DNA of 64,000 bases. Origin: Clostridia bacterium (GTDB lineage Bacteria > Bacillota > Clostridia > Oscillospirales > SIG627). The stretch covers positions 652 through 64,651 of the forward strand of contig JAFSID010000078.1 of the NCBI GenBank assembly GCA_017439965.1, given 5' to 3'. The notes under the pieces are model-generated. The model saw only the letters and a list, made by a program, of their open reading frames with translations, did not search any database and was not told the origin of the DNA. This document shows, piece after piece, positions 18,446-28,190 of this stretch (the stretch's first letter is position 1; every line of letters begins with the position of its first letter). Position numbers and translations under genes: made by a program.

Positions 18446-19438
18446 TTATTTGTAGAACTTGTCTCGCGCTTCTCTGTATGCCGCAAAGGTTTCTTCAAAA
18501 TATTCCTTCTTTTCGGGAACAGTCATAAACCAAGGTGCAGTCATATAACCGACAATCTGCTCATCGGGAGCATTGTCACGGAAATACTCGAGAAGGTCAT
18601 CGTGGTTGTATTTGCATCTGTTGAATACGGATGCGCAGGGAACGTAGAGATAGCCCTCCTTCATAAGAGGGATTGCAACCTCAACGAAGTGAACGAGGAA
18701 GGGATCCTCCTCAACGTACTTGTAGCCTCTGTCCTTGTAAATGCCTTCGTTGTAGTAAACCTGATACTCACTTCTGGAATCAATGGGAGTGTAGTGGTCG
18801 GGACGGAGTGCATTATAGTGATAAGGCGAAAGAACCATTTCGTCGGGAGCAAATCTCTTCTTGTATTCTTCGGGATGCTCAAAGAGGGGATTGGACCAAG
18901 CCCAAGGCATAGCACCCGTATCAGCTACGCAGTCAACAAGGAAGCGTAAATCATGCCAGTACAACTCGCCCTGACGGAATATACAAAGATCGCCCGAGCA
19001 ATACTGAGCACTTTCCTCGTCCATTCCGATGTGGATATATTCGGGATGGTCAAAAAGCTCGTATACTTCTTTGATTAGATCGTTTGCTACCTTATAGTAA
19101 TCGGGAGTGGAAACCATTCTTGAGTAAATACCGAGCCACATATCGTGGTTAGTGGAGAAGTTAAGCTTGGGAATGAGAGCGATGCCGAGCTTCTTACAAC
19201 GTGCAACCTCGTCGCGTACTCTTTTTCTCGTCCAAGCGTCTTTAACTGCAATTTCGGGATGGCTTGCGTATTCAATTCCGTTTCCAACGTCGAGAACGAT
19301 AGTGTTTATATCCGTCTTGACACATTCGTCAAGAATATAATCCCACATTTCCTCGTCCCATGTGTTAACGTCCTTAACGGAGCTTGACCACATATTTGAA
19401 TTTAAATGAATAAGTATCGACCACATTTTTTCTGCCAT
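18446..19438 (-). CDS. Uncharacterised TIM-barrel glycoside-hydrolase-like protein, paralog P1
   Basis: 330 aa, no signal peptide. HIGMDEES resembles the GH20 H-x-G-G-D-E catalytic block. Highly similar to the ORFs at 19527 and 20672. Confidence 0.6.
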   Translation of the reverse strand: MAEKMWSILIHLNSNMWSSSVKDVNTWDEEMWDYILDECVKTDINTIVLDVGNGIEYASHPEIAVKDAWTRKRVRDEVARCKKLGIALIPKLNFSTNHDMWLGIYSRMVSTPDYYKVANDLIKEVYELFDHPEYIHIGMDEESAQYCSGDLCIFRQGELYWHDLRFLVDCVADTGAMPWAWSNPLFEHPEEYKKRFAPDEMVLSPYHYNALRPDHYTPIDSRSEYQVYYNEGIYKDRGYKYVEEDPFLVHFVEVAIPLMKEGYLYVPCASVFNRCKYNHDDLLEYFRDNAPDEQIVGYMTAPWFMTVPEKKEYFEETFAAYREARDKFYK

Positions 19439-19487
19439 AATAAATACCTCCGATTAGCAAAATTTTGGTGGATGCTTCTTTAATGCG

Positions 19488-19516
19488 AGTATATCATAAA
19501 CGCTAATAAAAAGCAA
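19488..19516 (-). promoter_or_regulatory. Sigma-A type promoter for P1
   Basis: Minus strand TTGCTT, 17 nt, TATACT, preceded by an extended -10 TG. Confidence 0.4.
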
Positions 19517-19526
19517 CAGTTTTTTG

Positions 19527-20522
19527 TTATGAATAGAATTTTTCTTTAGCGATTTTGAACGCCTCAAAGGATTCCTCGATATATTCACGACCCGTTTCAA
19601 CGAGAGAGTGCCAGGGCGCTGTCATAAATCCGACTATCTGCACATCGTTTGCGTTGTCGCGGAAATACTCAACGAGGTCCTCGTGGTTATATTTACATCT
19701 GTTGAAAACCGACGCACAAGGTACGTAGCGATAGCCTCCCTCCATAAGAGGAATGGCAACCTCCATAAAGCGAACGAGGTACGGGTCCTCCTCAACGTAC
19801 TTAAAGCCGCGGTCCTTATAAATTCCCTCGTTGTAATATACCTCGTATTCGCTTCTTGAGCTTATTGGAGTATAGTGATCGGGGCGGAGCGCGTTGTAGT
19901 GATACGGTGAAAGTATCATCTCATCGGGTGCAAATCTCTTCTTGAATTCCTCGGGATGCTCGAAGAGGGGATTCGACCAAGCCCACGGGGTAGCACCCGT
20001 ATCCGCAACACAGTCAACTATGTAGCGTAAATCGTGCCAGTACAATTCACCCTGACGTATGCAACAAAATTCTTTTTTGCCACAGTATTGAAGGCTTTCC
20101 TCATCCATACCGATGTGGATATACCTCGGATGGTCAAAAAGCTCGTAAACCTCCTTGATTATGTCATTGATAACGTGATAGTAGGTGGGAGTAGATATCA
20201 TTCTTGAATATACCTTGAGCCACATACAGTGATTGGACGAGAGGTTAAGCTTAGGAATTAGCGTGATACCAAGCTCCTTACAGCGAGCAACCTCGTCGCG
20301 TACTCTTTTTCTTGTCCAAGCATTTTTTAGCGAAATTTCGGGATGCGTTGCATATTCTATGCCGTCTGCAACGTCAAGCACGATGGTATTGATTCCCGTT
20401 GTAGATGCCTGCTTGAGTATATATTCCCAAAGGTCCTCGTCCCAGTTGAGCGTATCCGTAAAGGTTCTCGTCCACATATTAGGTGTTAGGTGAATAAGAA
20501 TTGACCACATTTTTTCAGACAT
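19527..20522 (-). CDS. Uncharacterised TIM-barrel glycoside-hydrolase-like protein, paralog P2
   Basis: 331 aa, collinear with P1 and P3, HIGMDEES motif. Confidence 0.6.
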   Translation of the reverse strand: MSEKMWSILIHLTPNMWTRTFTDTLNWDEDLWEYILKQASTTGINTIVLDVADGIEYATHPEISLKNAWTRKRVRDEVARCKELGITLIPKLNLSSNHCMWLKVYSRMISTPTYYHVINDIIKEVYELFDHPRYIHIGMDEESLQYCGKKEFCCIRQGELYWHDLRYIVDCVADTGATPWAWSNPLFEHPEEFKKRFAPDEMILSPYHYNALRPDHYTPISSRSEYEVYYNEGIYKDRGFKYVEEDPYLVRFMEVAIPLMEGGYRYVPCASVFNRCKYNHEDLVEYFRDNANDVQIVGFMTAPWHSLVETGREYIEESFEAFKIAKEKFYS

Positions 20523-20641
20523 ATTCAGTCCTCCCGAAACAGTATTTATATACCTTTAGTTTATCACATCTTTTAACTGCAAGCAATTGTTTTCAGAAAA
20601 ATAGTCAAAAATGTTATAAAAAGGGGAAATAAATATAAAGT

Positions 20642-20663
20642 CACCGACCCGAAAGGGTCGGTG
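20642..20663 (-). terminator. Intrinsic terminator after paralog P3
   Basis: CACCGACCC-GAAA-GGGTCGGTG, with a T-rich tract downstream on the minus strand. Confidence 0.6.
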
Positions 20664-20671
20664 TTAAATAA

Positions 20672-21664
20672 TTAATAATAGAATTTTTCCTTTGCGGTTT
20701 TAAAGGCTTCAAAGCTTTCCATAAAGAAGTCACGAAACTCCGGAATAACCTTTTTCCAAGGGGCAGTCATATAACCGAGAATCTGCTCGTCTGGTGCGTT
20801 ATCTCTGAAATACTCAATAAGGTCATCGTGGTTGTATTTGCATCTGTTAAAAACCGATGCGCAGGGGACGTATACGTATCCCTCTTTCATTAACGGAATA
20901 GCCCTCTCGATGAATTGAACAAGGTACGGATCTTCCTCTACGAATTTTATACCCATATCCTTATATTTACCCTCACTGTAATAAACGAGATATTCACTTC
21001 TTGATTCGATGGGAGTAAAATGCTCAGGTCGGAAGGCGTTGTAATGATAAGGGGAAATTATCATTTCATCCGGAGCAAAATGTGCTTTAAATTCATCAGG
21101 GTGGTCAAATAACGGACTCGACCATATCCAAGGCTTTGCGCCGAGATCTGCAACACAGTCAACGAGATAACGTAAATCGTGCCAGAATAATTCTCCCTGT
21201 CGGAAGGAGCAATGCTCGCGTCCTTCGGTATACTGAGCACTTTCTTCATCCATGCCTAAATGGAAGTATTTTGGATGCTCAAATAATTCGTAAAGCTCTC
21301 TTATCAGGTCATACGCCACTCGGTAGTATTGCGGTGTAGAAGCCATTCTTGAATATACTCCAAGCCATCTGTGGTGATTGGTTGAAAAATTGAGCTTGGG
21401 TATAAGGGTTATGCCGAGCTCACGGCATCTTTTGATTTCACGTCTCATTCTGTTGCGAGTCCAAGCTCCTTTTAAGGCAAGCTCGGGATGTGAGCCATAT
21501 TCGAGACCGTCGTTAACGTCAAGGACGATTGTGTTAATTCCTGTCCATACGCATTTTTCGAGAACCGTGTCCCAAAGCTTCTCATCCCATTGAAGCTCGT
21601 GATAAATGTTTGCTGACATATTTGGACCGAGCTGAATGAGTATTGACCACATTTTATCATTCAT
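20672..21664 (-). CDS. Uncharacterised TIM-barrel glycoside-hydrolase-like protein, paralog P3
   Basis: 330 aa with an HLGMDEES motif. Its start lies 2 nt after the stop of the CE15-like gene. Confidence 0.6.
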   Translation of the reverse strand: MNDKMWSILIQLGPNMSANIYHELQWDEKLWDTVLEKCVWTGINTIVLDVNDGLEYGSHPELALKGAWTRNRMRREIKRCRELGITLIPKLNFSTNHHRWLGVYSRMASTPQYYRVAYDLIRELYELFEHPKYFHLGMDEESAQYTEGREHCSFRQGELFWHDLRYLVDCVADLGAKPWIWSSPLFDHPDEFKAHFAPDEMIISPYHYNAFRPEHFTPIESRSEYLVYYSEGKYKDMGIKFVEEDPYLVQFIERAIPLMKEGYVYVPCASVFNRCKYNHDDLIEYFRDNAPDEQILGYMTAPWKKVIPEFRDFFMESFEAFKTAKEKFYY

Positions 21665-21666
21665 AA

Positions 21667-22719
21667 TCAGTTACCTCTTTCGGAAAATTTTTTATCGGCA
21701 AACTCTATAAGTCTTAACCAATCCTCGCGACCGTAATAGTGAGGACCGCGACGAAGGTGATATCCGATGCTACCTTCAAAGTACTTTTCTCCGATTTCTG
21801 CAAATCTTCCGTTGTGAATAAAGCCCTTCACACCGTCGTTTTCAAATACGGGTGAGGAAGCTACACAGCAAAGCATTTCGGATTGCGGGTCCGCCCACCA
21901 GTCCTCGTCGGCCGAACCAATAAGCACAAATCTCGGAGATATAGAGCCTACGAGATAGTGCTGGTCATACGGGAGAAGAGACTCATCCGTTGGTCTTTCA
22001 TTAAAGGCAGGCGTAAACCAATGAGGAAAAATTCTGCAAATAGGCTCTTTTCGTTCTCCTCCCTTGTCCCTTGATATTGCTGCGCCCATACATCCTGAAT
22101 CGTTAGAGTATGCAAGCTTGAAGCGTTTGTCGGTAGCCGCTGCAAGAAGAGCGGTTTTGCCAAGTCTTGAATGACCGCAAACACAAGCTCGTGACATATC
22201 GAGCTTGGAATTCGTTTCTGCCCAATCAAGTATTCTTTGTGATGCCCACGCCCACATAGAAAGCTTTCCGCAATCATACGGATTTCTGATGCCGTTTTCA
22301 AAGAGAACTGAGCACAAGCCGCTTTCATACTCGTCTTTGTCAAGCGTGATATCGTTATAATGTACAGAAAGCACAGCGTAACCGTGGTCGATAATCTCTT
22401 CTATCGGCAAATATCTGTCGGGTACGTCCGGTCTGAAATTGATAAAAACAAAAAAGGGATGCGGTCCTTCGCCGTTTGGAATTGATGCCGTAAAAGGAAA
22501 TGTAAAAGTCTTACCGTTGATTTCACAGCTACATTCGATCTTATTAATAGTTGCGTTTCCCGTACAGAATGGGCTTACAAGATAATCACTTATCGTCCAT
22601 TCAATCTTTTCGGGCTTTGGCGGTAAGTATCCGTATTGCTCCTTCACAATGATATCGAGCATTTCTTCTTTGCTTTTTATAGGAGGAAGTGCTCTTTTTT
22701 TGAGTTCATCGTATATCAT
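21667..22719 (-). CDS. CE15-like glucuronoyl esterase family alpha/beta hydrolase
   Basis: GHSRLGK matches the CE15 G-C-S-R-x-G nucleophile motif. ATG 22719 (MIYDELKK) sits 9 nt after GGAGG; the ORF-track start at 22914 adds an implausible N-terminus. Confidence 0.6.
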   Translation of the reverse strand: MIYDELKKRALPPIKSKEEMLDIIVKEQYGYLPPKPEKIEWTISDYLVSPFCTGNATINKIECSCEINGKTFTFPFTASIPNGEGPHPFFVFINFRPDVPDRYLPIEEIIDHGYAVLSVHYNDITLDKDEYESGLCSVLFENGIRNPYDCGKLSMWAWASQRILDWAETNSKLDMSRACVCGHSRLGKTALLAAATDKRFKLAYSNDSGCMGAAISRDKGGERKEPICRIFPHWFTPAFNERPTDESLLPYDQHYLVGSISPRFVLIGSADEDWWADPQSEMLCCVASSPVFENDGVKGFIHNGRFAEIGEKYFEGSIGYHLRRGPHYYGREDWLRLIEFADKKFSERGN

Positions 22720-22807
22720 ATCGTTAAACCTCCTTTTTTTATAATTATATATTATATATTTGCTATTTAACAGTGTTAAAATTGCCATAATTATTATAAA
22801 AATTGAC

Positions 22808-22838
22808 AAAAAGCCACAAGAAATATCTTGTGGCTTTT
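22808..22838 (-). terminator. Intrinsic terminator after the DUF378 gene
   Basis: AAAAAGCCACAAG-AAATAT-CTTGTGGCTTTTT. Confidence 0.7.
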
Positions 22839-22850
22839 TGGTAACGATTG

Positions 22851-23069
22851 TTATGCGTGCTGTCTTTCGGAAACAAGGTGCTCTCTGTTTCTGAACAGAA
22901 GAGAGATACACCAAAGTGCTGAAAGACCAACGAGAACAAATATTACTCTCGTGATTATCTCGGCTGAGCCTCCAAAGAGGTAGGATACGAGGTCGTACTT
23001 GAAAAGACCTACGCTACCCCAGTTAAGACCGCCGATTATCAGTATAATCAATGCTATTCTGTCAAGCAT
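22851..23069 (-). CDS. DUF378 family small membrane protein
   Basis: IGGLNWGSVGLFKYDLVSYLFG motif. Start taken at MLDRIAL (23069). Confidence 0.7.
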   Translation of the reverse strand: MLDRIALIILIIGGLNWGSVGLFKYDLVSYLFGGSAEIITRVIFVLVGLSALWCISLLFRNREHLVSERQHA

Positions 23070-23140
23070 ATTCGGACCGTTCCTTTTAATGTTTTGCAGT
23101 CGTTCTGACCGCAAAAATATTATGACCCGATATAATTATT

Positions 23141-24028
23141 TTATTCGCTTATAAGCGGATGCGTTCTGAGAAAATCTATCCAGATATTATAGCCTGATTC
23201 GTTAATGTGGATACCGTCGTCACTACTGCAATACTCAAGCTTCAAATATCCGTCCTCACCCTTGAGAGCGGGCGCTGAATTAAGGAAGTGAAGGTCTTCA
23301 CTGTATGCAAGTATTAGAAGAAGCAAATTGGAGCGGTTTATTAGAACGTTCGTGAATTTTTTGAAGGTGCAGGTGGTGGCAATAGGTGAAATACTTTGAA
23401 TGATTATTTCGCAGTCGGGACACGCTTCTTTAACGGCTTTTATGAGCTTTGTGTAATAGTTCAGGAAGGTTTCCTCTGACATAATACTGATTGCATTTGC
23501 GCCGAAGGTTAAAACGGCTCTTTTAGCATCAAGTTTTGACAACGCATCTGGAAAGTTAACAAGCGTTCCGTCCTCAAGCTCGATTAATGTTTTGTCAACT
23601 GCATCCATTGGATTTATAGAGCCTTTTGCAATTACCATATCTTTGGGATGGTTACCGAATACTCCGAGACCGAGCGAAACAGAGTCTCCGAGATATGCGG
23701 TTGAATTTTGATATTCGTCTCCTGCATCCTCGGATAACTGTAGCTGTACCTCGTCCAATATTCCGTCGAGAGTGAAGCCTGTCAGAGACGTGTCTACGTT
23801 CATCGAATCGGCAAGCGCGATGATTTCCTCAACGCTTGAGGGCTTTTGGTATTCAGGCTCTTCGGGAGATTTCTCAGTCACTTCTTCGGCATCGGACGTG
23901 TCAGGCTCTTCAAGGCTCGGAGAGGATGTGACGGGTACTTCATCAACGGGAGGCTCGTTTTCCTCAACGCTTGTACATCCGACAAGAAAAATACAAATAA
24001 GTGTGATTAAAATAATAATTCTTTTCAT
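23141..24028 (-). CDS. SGNH/GDSL hydrolase lipoprotein
   Basis: Signal peptide with lipobox LVGC and GDS block YLGDSVSLG. ATG 24028 overlaps the GH3 stop (ATGA) and follows GAGGT. Confidence 0.7.
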   Translation of the reverse strand: MKRIIILITLICIFLVGCTSVEENEPPVDEVPVTSSPSLEEPDTSDAEEVTEKSPEEPEYQKPSSVEEIIALADSMNVDTSLTGFTLDGILDEVQLQLSEDAGDEYQNSTAYLGDSVSLGLGVFGNHPKDMVIAKGSINPMDAVDKTLIELEDGTLVNFPDALSKLDAKRAVLTFGANAISIMSEETFLNYYTKLIKAVKEACPDCEIIIQSISPIATTCTFKKFTNVLINRSNLLLLILAYSEDLHFLNSAPALKGEDGYLKLEYCSSDDGIHINESGYNIWIDFLRTHPLISE

Positions 24029-26190
24029 ATTGTTACCTCGCATTCAAGCTTGTCTACTGTTATTTTAAATACTCCGCTTCCAACGGCTTTTTTCATATTT
24101 AAGTCTATATAGGAAATATCGTCATCGTTCAGAGTGAACGTCAATTCACGCTCTTCACCGGGCTCGTATTCCTTCTTTGCAAATCTCCTTAAACGCTTTA
24201 CAAACGGAGTTGTACTGCAAAACTCCTGAGAAACGAACACAAGGCTTGTCTCCTTTGCCTTTACGTTGCCGATATTCTTAACCTTGAAGGATACGTTTAT
24301 ACCATTGTCGGACCTTACGGCAGTCAAGTCACTGTATTCAAATCTCGTGTAGCTTAAGCCGTAGCCAAAGGGGAAGAGTGCTTCGGGAGAATCAAACACA
24401 TAGTCTCGTCCCGGGGATTTTACGGAGCCGTGCTTATTGTAATAGCCTCGCGCTGATACCTTGTAATTGTAGTAGCAGGGGATATGTCCCGTGCTTCTCG
24501 GGAAGGAAATAGGAAGCTTGCCGCAGGGGACTGTGTCTCCGTAAATCGCATCGCATATTGCATATCCGCCAAGCTCACCTGGATACCACGCTGCAATGAC
24601 CGAATCAACGAGCTCAAGCTCTTCCGTTATTGCGTAAGGACGCCCCGACGTGAGTACAAGTACAACGGGCTTTCCCGTCTTCTTAAGGGCTTTTATCAAT
24701 TGCTTTTGTGCATCGGGAAGCTCAATTGAGGACATATCAAAGCCCTCTCCCGAGGTTATTGCCGTGTCACCGTTTTCTTTGCCCCATCCGATTCCACCGA
24801 AGAAGCAGGAATTGTCACCAACTACCGCAACTATAACGTCACAATCCTTTGAAGCTTTTTCTATTTCTTCAAGCTCGTCGGCTATTACCTCGGCAATATA
24901 CGTTCCCTTGATATATTTAAGCTTATCTCCGAGCTTTTCTGCAAATGCACGCTTTACGGTTACGGTGTATTCAACAGCATTGTTTGGAGAATAGTCACCT
25001 GTTTGTGAGATGTCGGCGCAAGGACCAACGAGCAAAACTTTCTTATCATTTGATATTGGCAAGGTTGAGCTGTCGTTTTTTAAAAGAACAAGCGTTTCAT
25101 CTGCAACCTTTTTGCTTAATTCAAGTGATGCTTTACAACGAATATCGTTAAGAGAGTCCGTTTTTGCATAAGCGTCTTCAAAAAGCCCGAGCTTGAATTT
25201 AACCGTAAGTATTCTCCTGACCGCTTTGTCTAAAAGCTCTAAATACTTTTCATCGTATCTTATTGAATCGAGAAACTCGTCACAGTAAGCGTATTTAACG
25301 GGAGCCTCCATATCGAGACCTGCGTTGAGCGAAAGTCGTCCTGCTTCAACTCCGTCGCGCGCAACGTGATGCATAAAGTTCATCATACCCGTTGCACCGT
25401 AGTCAGATATTGTAAAACCGTCAAATCCGATTTCATCGCGTAAGAGGTCAGTTAATAAAAATCTCGATGCGTGTACGGGAATTCCGTCAAGCTCACTGTA
25501 GGCGGGCATAACCGATAGTGCCTTGCCCTCGCGACAGCAAATCTCAAACGGCTCAACCGCAATTTCACGCATTTCACGTTCTCCCATGTGAACAGGGGAA
25601 AGGTTTAAGCCACCCTCGGGAGTGCCGTGCGCAATATAATGCTTAAGAGTGGCGGATACCTTCTGTGATTGCAAACCCTTAACGTAGGCAACTCCGAGAC
25701 GCGAGGTGAGATATGGGTCTTCGCCGTAGGTTTCCTCAACACGCCCCCAACGAGGGTCGCGCGCTATATCAAGGTCGGGAGCAAAGGTCTGACGTATTCC
25801 CGAGACGTAAGCCTCATGTCCGATTACCGTTGCCATTTTTTCGACAAGCTCTTCGTTGAAGGTTGCACCGATTCCGATTGATTGCGGAAACACGGTTGAA
25901 TAATCCTTCATAAGACCGTGAAGTGATTCGTATGCGATTATGAGCGGAATACCGAGTCTTGTTGATTTCGCCATATCCTGAAGCTTGTTAACGTCCTCTG
26001 CAGAAAGCGTTTCTCCCCACATACCTCCAATGCTATTCTTAGGGAAGTCACCGTTTTTGACGACTGAGTCAATATAATCTGTGTCAGCAGTCAAAAACAT
26101 CTGGGCAAATTTTTCCTCTAAGGTCATTTTTGACATCAGGTCATTTACTCTGTCTTCGATGCTTGCGTTTTTATCCTTATATATTTCCAA
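24025..26190 (-). CDS. Glycoside hydrolase family 3 beta-glucosidase/beta-xylosidase
   Basis: 721 aa with GH3 N- and C-terminal domain blocks (RDPRWGRVEETYGEDP, GFTISDYGA). No signal peptide. Confidence 0.85.
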   Translation of the reverse strand: MEIYKDKNASIEDRVNDLMSKMTLEEKFAQMFLTADTDYIDSVVKNGDFPKNSIGGMWGETLSAEDVNKLQDMAKSTRLGIPLIIAYESLHGLMKDYSTVFPQSIGIGATFNEELVEKMATVIGHEAYVSGIRQTFAPDLDIARDPRWGRVEETYGEDPYLTSRLGVAYVKGLQSQKVSATLKHYIAHGTPEGGLNLSPVHMGEREMREIAVEPFEICCREGKALSVMPAYSELDGIPVHASRFLLTDLLRDEIGFDGFTISDYGATGMMNFMHHVARDGVEAGRLSLNAGLDMEAPVKYAYCDEFLDSIRYDEKYLELLDKAVRRILTVKFKLGLFEDAYAKTDSLNDIRCKASLELSKKVADETLVLLKNDSSTLPISNDKKVLLVGPCADISQTGDYSPNNAVEYTVTVKRAFAEKLGDKLKYIKGTYIAEVIADELEEIEKASKDCDVIVAVVGDNSCFFGGIGWGKENGDTAITSGEGFDMSSIELPDAQKQLIKALKKTGKPVVLVLTSGRPYAITEELELVDSVIAAWYPGELGGYAICDAIYGDTVPCGKLPISFPRSTGHIPCYYNYKVSARGYYNKHGSVKSPGRDYVFDSPEALFPFGYGLSYTRFEYSDLTAVRSDNGINVSFKVKNIGNVKAKETSLVFVSQEFCSTTPFVKRLRRFAKKEYEPGEERELTFTLNDDDISYIDLNMKKAVGSGVFKITVDKLECEVTI

Positions 26191-26222
26191 TGTATTTTCT
26201 CCTTATATTGTTGCTTTATAAA

Positions 26223-26251
26223 ATTATAATATACCGTATTTTTTTTGTCAA
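26223..26251 (-). promoter_or_regulatory. Sigma-A consensus promoter for the GH3 gene
   Basis: Minus strand TTGACA, 17 nt, TATAAT. Confidence 0.55.
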
Positions 26252-26298
26252 TGTTTCTTGATAAAAAACGCTTTTTTTCGGAATGTATTATAAAAACA

Positions 26299-26327
26299 TT
26301 GACATTGCAAAAGATTTTAGATAAAAT
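26299..26327 (+). promoter_or_regulatory. Sigma-A type promoter for the Nudix gene
   Basis: TTGACA, 17 nt, TAAAAT. Its -35 context AAACATTGACA is the inverted repeat of the divergent promoter. Confidence 0.55.
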
Positions 26328-26359
26328 AATATCGCTTTATATGAAGGGAGTGTTACGTT

Positions 26360-26860
26360 ATGAAGGAAATGCTTGACGTATATGATATAAACGGAAATAA
26401 AACGGGAGAGGTGGTGGAGCGTTATCACCATCAGATAGAAGGTAATTATTATCTTTGTATTCACGCTTATATTGTAACCTCCGACGGTAAATATATTTTA
26501 CAAAAGCGTTCTATGGAGAAGAAATATTTCCCGGGTATTTGGGATATTACCTGCGGTGCCGCCGATGCAGGTGAGGACAGCTATACTGCCGCTTTGCGAG
26601 AGGTAAAGGAGGAGCTTGGACTTGAGCTTGAGGGCTATGAATACAGACTTGTCGGCAGAAATATATATTTTGATTGCTTGAACGACGTCTATTTCTTTTA
26701 TACCGATTATTCGGTTGAGGATTGCGTATTGGATCCTGCTGAGGTAATGGAGGTTAAGAGCGTTGATGCAACAGAGCTTTTGAGCTTTATCAACGAGTCT
26801 CCGTTTAAGAGTACGGAATATTTCGCAATGATTAAAAATGAAACTGAACGTGTAAGATAA
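26360..26860 (+). CDS. Nudix hydrolase
   Basis: Nudix box GAADAGEDSYTAALREVKEELGL. Confidence 0.85.
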   Translation: MKEMLDVYDINGNKTGEVVERYHHQIEGNYYLCIHAYIVTSDGKYILQKRSMEKKYFPGIWDITCGAADAGEDSYTAALREVKEELGLELEGYEYRLVGRNIYFDCLNDVYFFYTDYSVEDCVLDPAEVMEVKSVDATELLSFINESPFKSTEYFAMIKNETERVR

Positions 26861-26862
26861 TC

Positions 26863-26905
26863 AAAGACCGTTAAAACAGATTCGCTGCTTTAACGGTCTT
26901 TTTGT
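26863..26905. terminator. Bidirectional terminator
   Basis: AAAGACCGTTAAA, 13-nt loop, TTTAACGGTCTTT, then a T run. Confidence 0.6.
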
Positions 26906-26910
26906 TAAAA

Positions 26911-28092
26911 CTAATATATTATGTTTACGAGAGTATCAAGCGCGTCCGTGATTACCCATTTTCCTTCTTCCTTGATACATTCAAGCTGTATCGTACATTC
27001 ATCGAACATATCGTTATGATGTTCGTATTCGTCAAGATATCCGTCGTAGGATATTGAATTGTAGGAATACGTAAGGGTCACAAGAATTGTAAATTCATTT
27101 TGATTTAGCGCAAAATCGTTTGGATATATTATGTTTGCAGTTGATTCGAGAAAACAGATATCACTTAAGCCTGAAGTCAATTCGCCTCTTGTGAATATAT
27201 CATACAGCTCGTTGTAGTCGTTTTCAAAGAAGTTAAGTGTTTCTTCGTTTTGAGAAAGCATATATTTGACCGCGTCGAAATCCTCTCCGTCCTGAAGAGC
27301 ATAATAGTATTTTTGAATGAATGATTCACCAAGCTCTTTGATTTCGATTTCGTTTTCGTCGTTTAATTTAAACTCTCGCAAAATATACGGCTCCTCGGAC
27401 GGTGTTAAAGTGTCCTCATAAGGTAGCGTATAGTCGGTTGTAACGGTAATATCGTATTCATTATCAAATACGTTTACGAAGCAGTAATTATCATATATGT
27501 CATCATAGTACTCAAAATACGTAATCGGTGTAATGCGCTCGTATTCTGCAAAGGATACACCGTCCTCAATTAAGCTTGCGTCATATTCCTTTTCAATCAG
27601 CCCCTCATTTACCTTGTAGCTGTTATCAAGAGAAGTGCCGTTAATTACGACGTCGGCATTGTGAAGAGTTACGAAATAAAGAAGAGGCTCGGACACGCTT
27701 TCAATCTTGATTTTGTACGTATCAAATAAGCCGAGTGCTTTTTTTGATTGCTTTACAAGCTCAAGTGTTTCTTGCTTGTCTCCGTAGCTGACAATATAAG
27801 TGTTAGTGGATTTTTTCTTGACTTCAAAAGAGTCAATTTTTTCAAATTTGTTAAACTCGGCAGAGTCAAGATAAGCGTCAAGTGAATTAAATGGGCATTC
27901 GGATTTCTCTGGAATATCAAAATAGCTGTAATATTTGTCAAGCTCCATATTTGCGCGGTATGTGAAAATTCTTTCAAGCATTGCTTCTTGAGAATAGTAT
28001 TTGCTAAGGAGTACTGCACCGACAACGACAACCAAAAGTATTGCGATTACTGATAATGATGCGGAAATAATCTTTTTTTTCACTTTTTTCAT
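26911..28092 (-). CDS. Membrane-anchored protein of unknown function
   Basis: 393 aa. N-terminal KK-rich segment plus one TM helix, then a Y/D/E/F-rich domain with no motif I recognise. Confidence 0.5.
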   Translation of the reverse strand: MKKVKKKIISASLSVIAILLVVVVGAVLLSKYYSQEAMLERIFTYRANMELDKYYSYFDIPEKSECPFNSLDAYLDSAEFNKFEKIDSFEVKKKSTNTYIVSYGDKQETLELVKQSKKALGLFDTYKIKIESVSEPLLYFVTLHNADVVINGTSLDNSYKVNEGLIEKEYDASLIEDGVSFAEYERITPITYFEYYDDIYDNYCFVNVFDNEYDITVTTDYTLPYEDTLTPSEEPYILREFKLNDENEIEIKELGESFIQKYYYALQDGEDFDAVKYMLSQNEETLNFFENDYNELYDIFTRGELTSGLSDICFLESTANIIYPNDFALNQNEFTILVTLTYSYNSISYDGYLDEYEHHNDMFDECTIQLECIKEEGKWVITDALDTLVNIIY

Positions 28093-28190
28093 TTTTATGA
28101 CCTCAAAAGTTTAGTAAATTTTTGCAAAGGTATTTTCAAAATCTATAATATATGATACAATAAAGTTATGAATTTTTCAATATTAATTAT

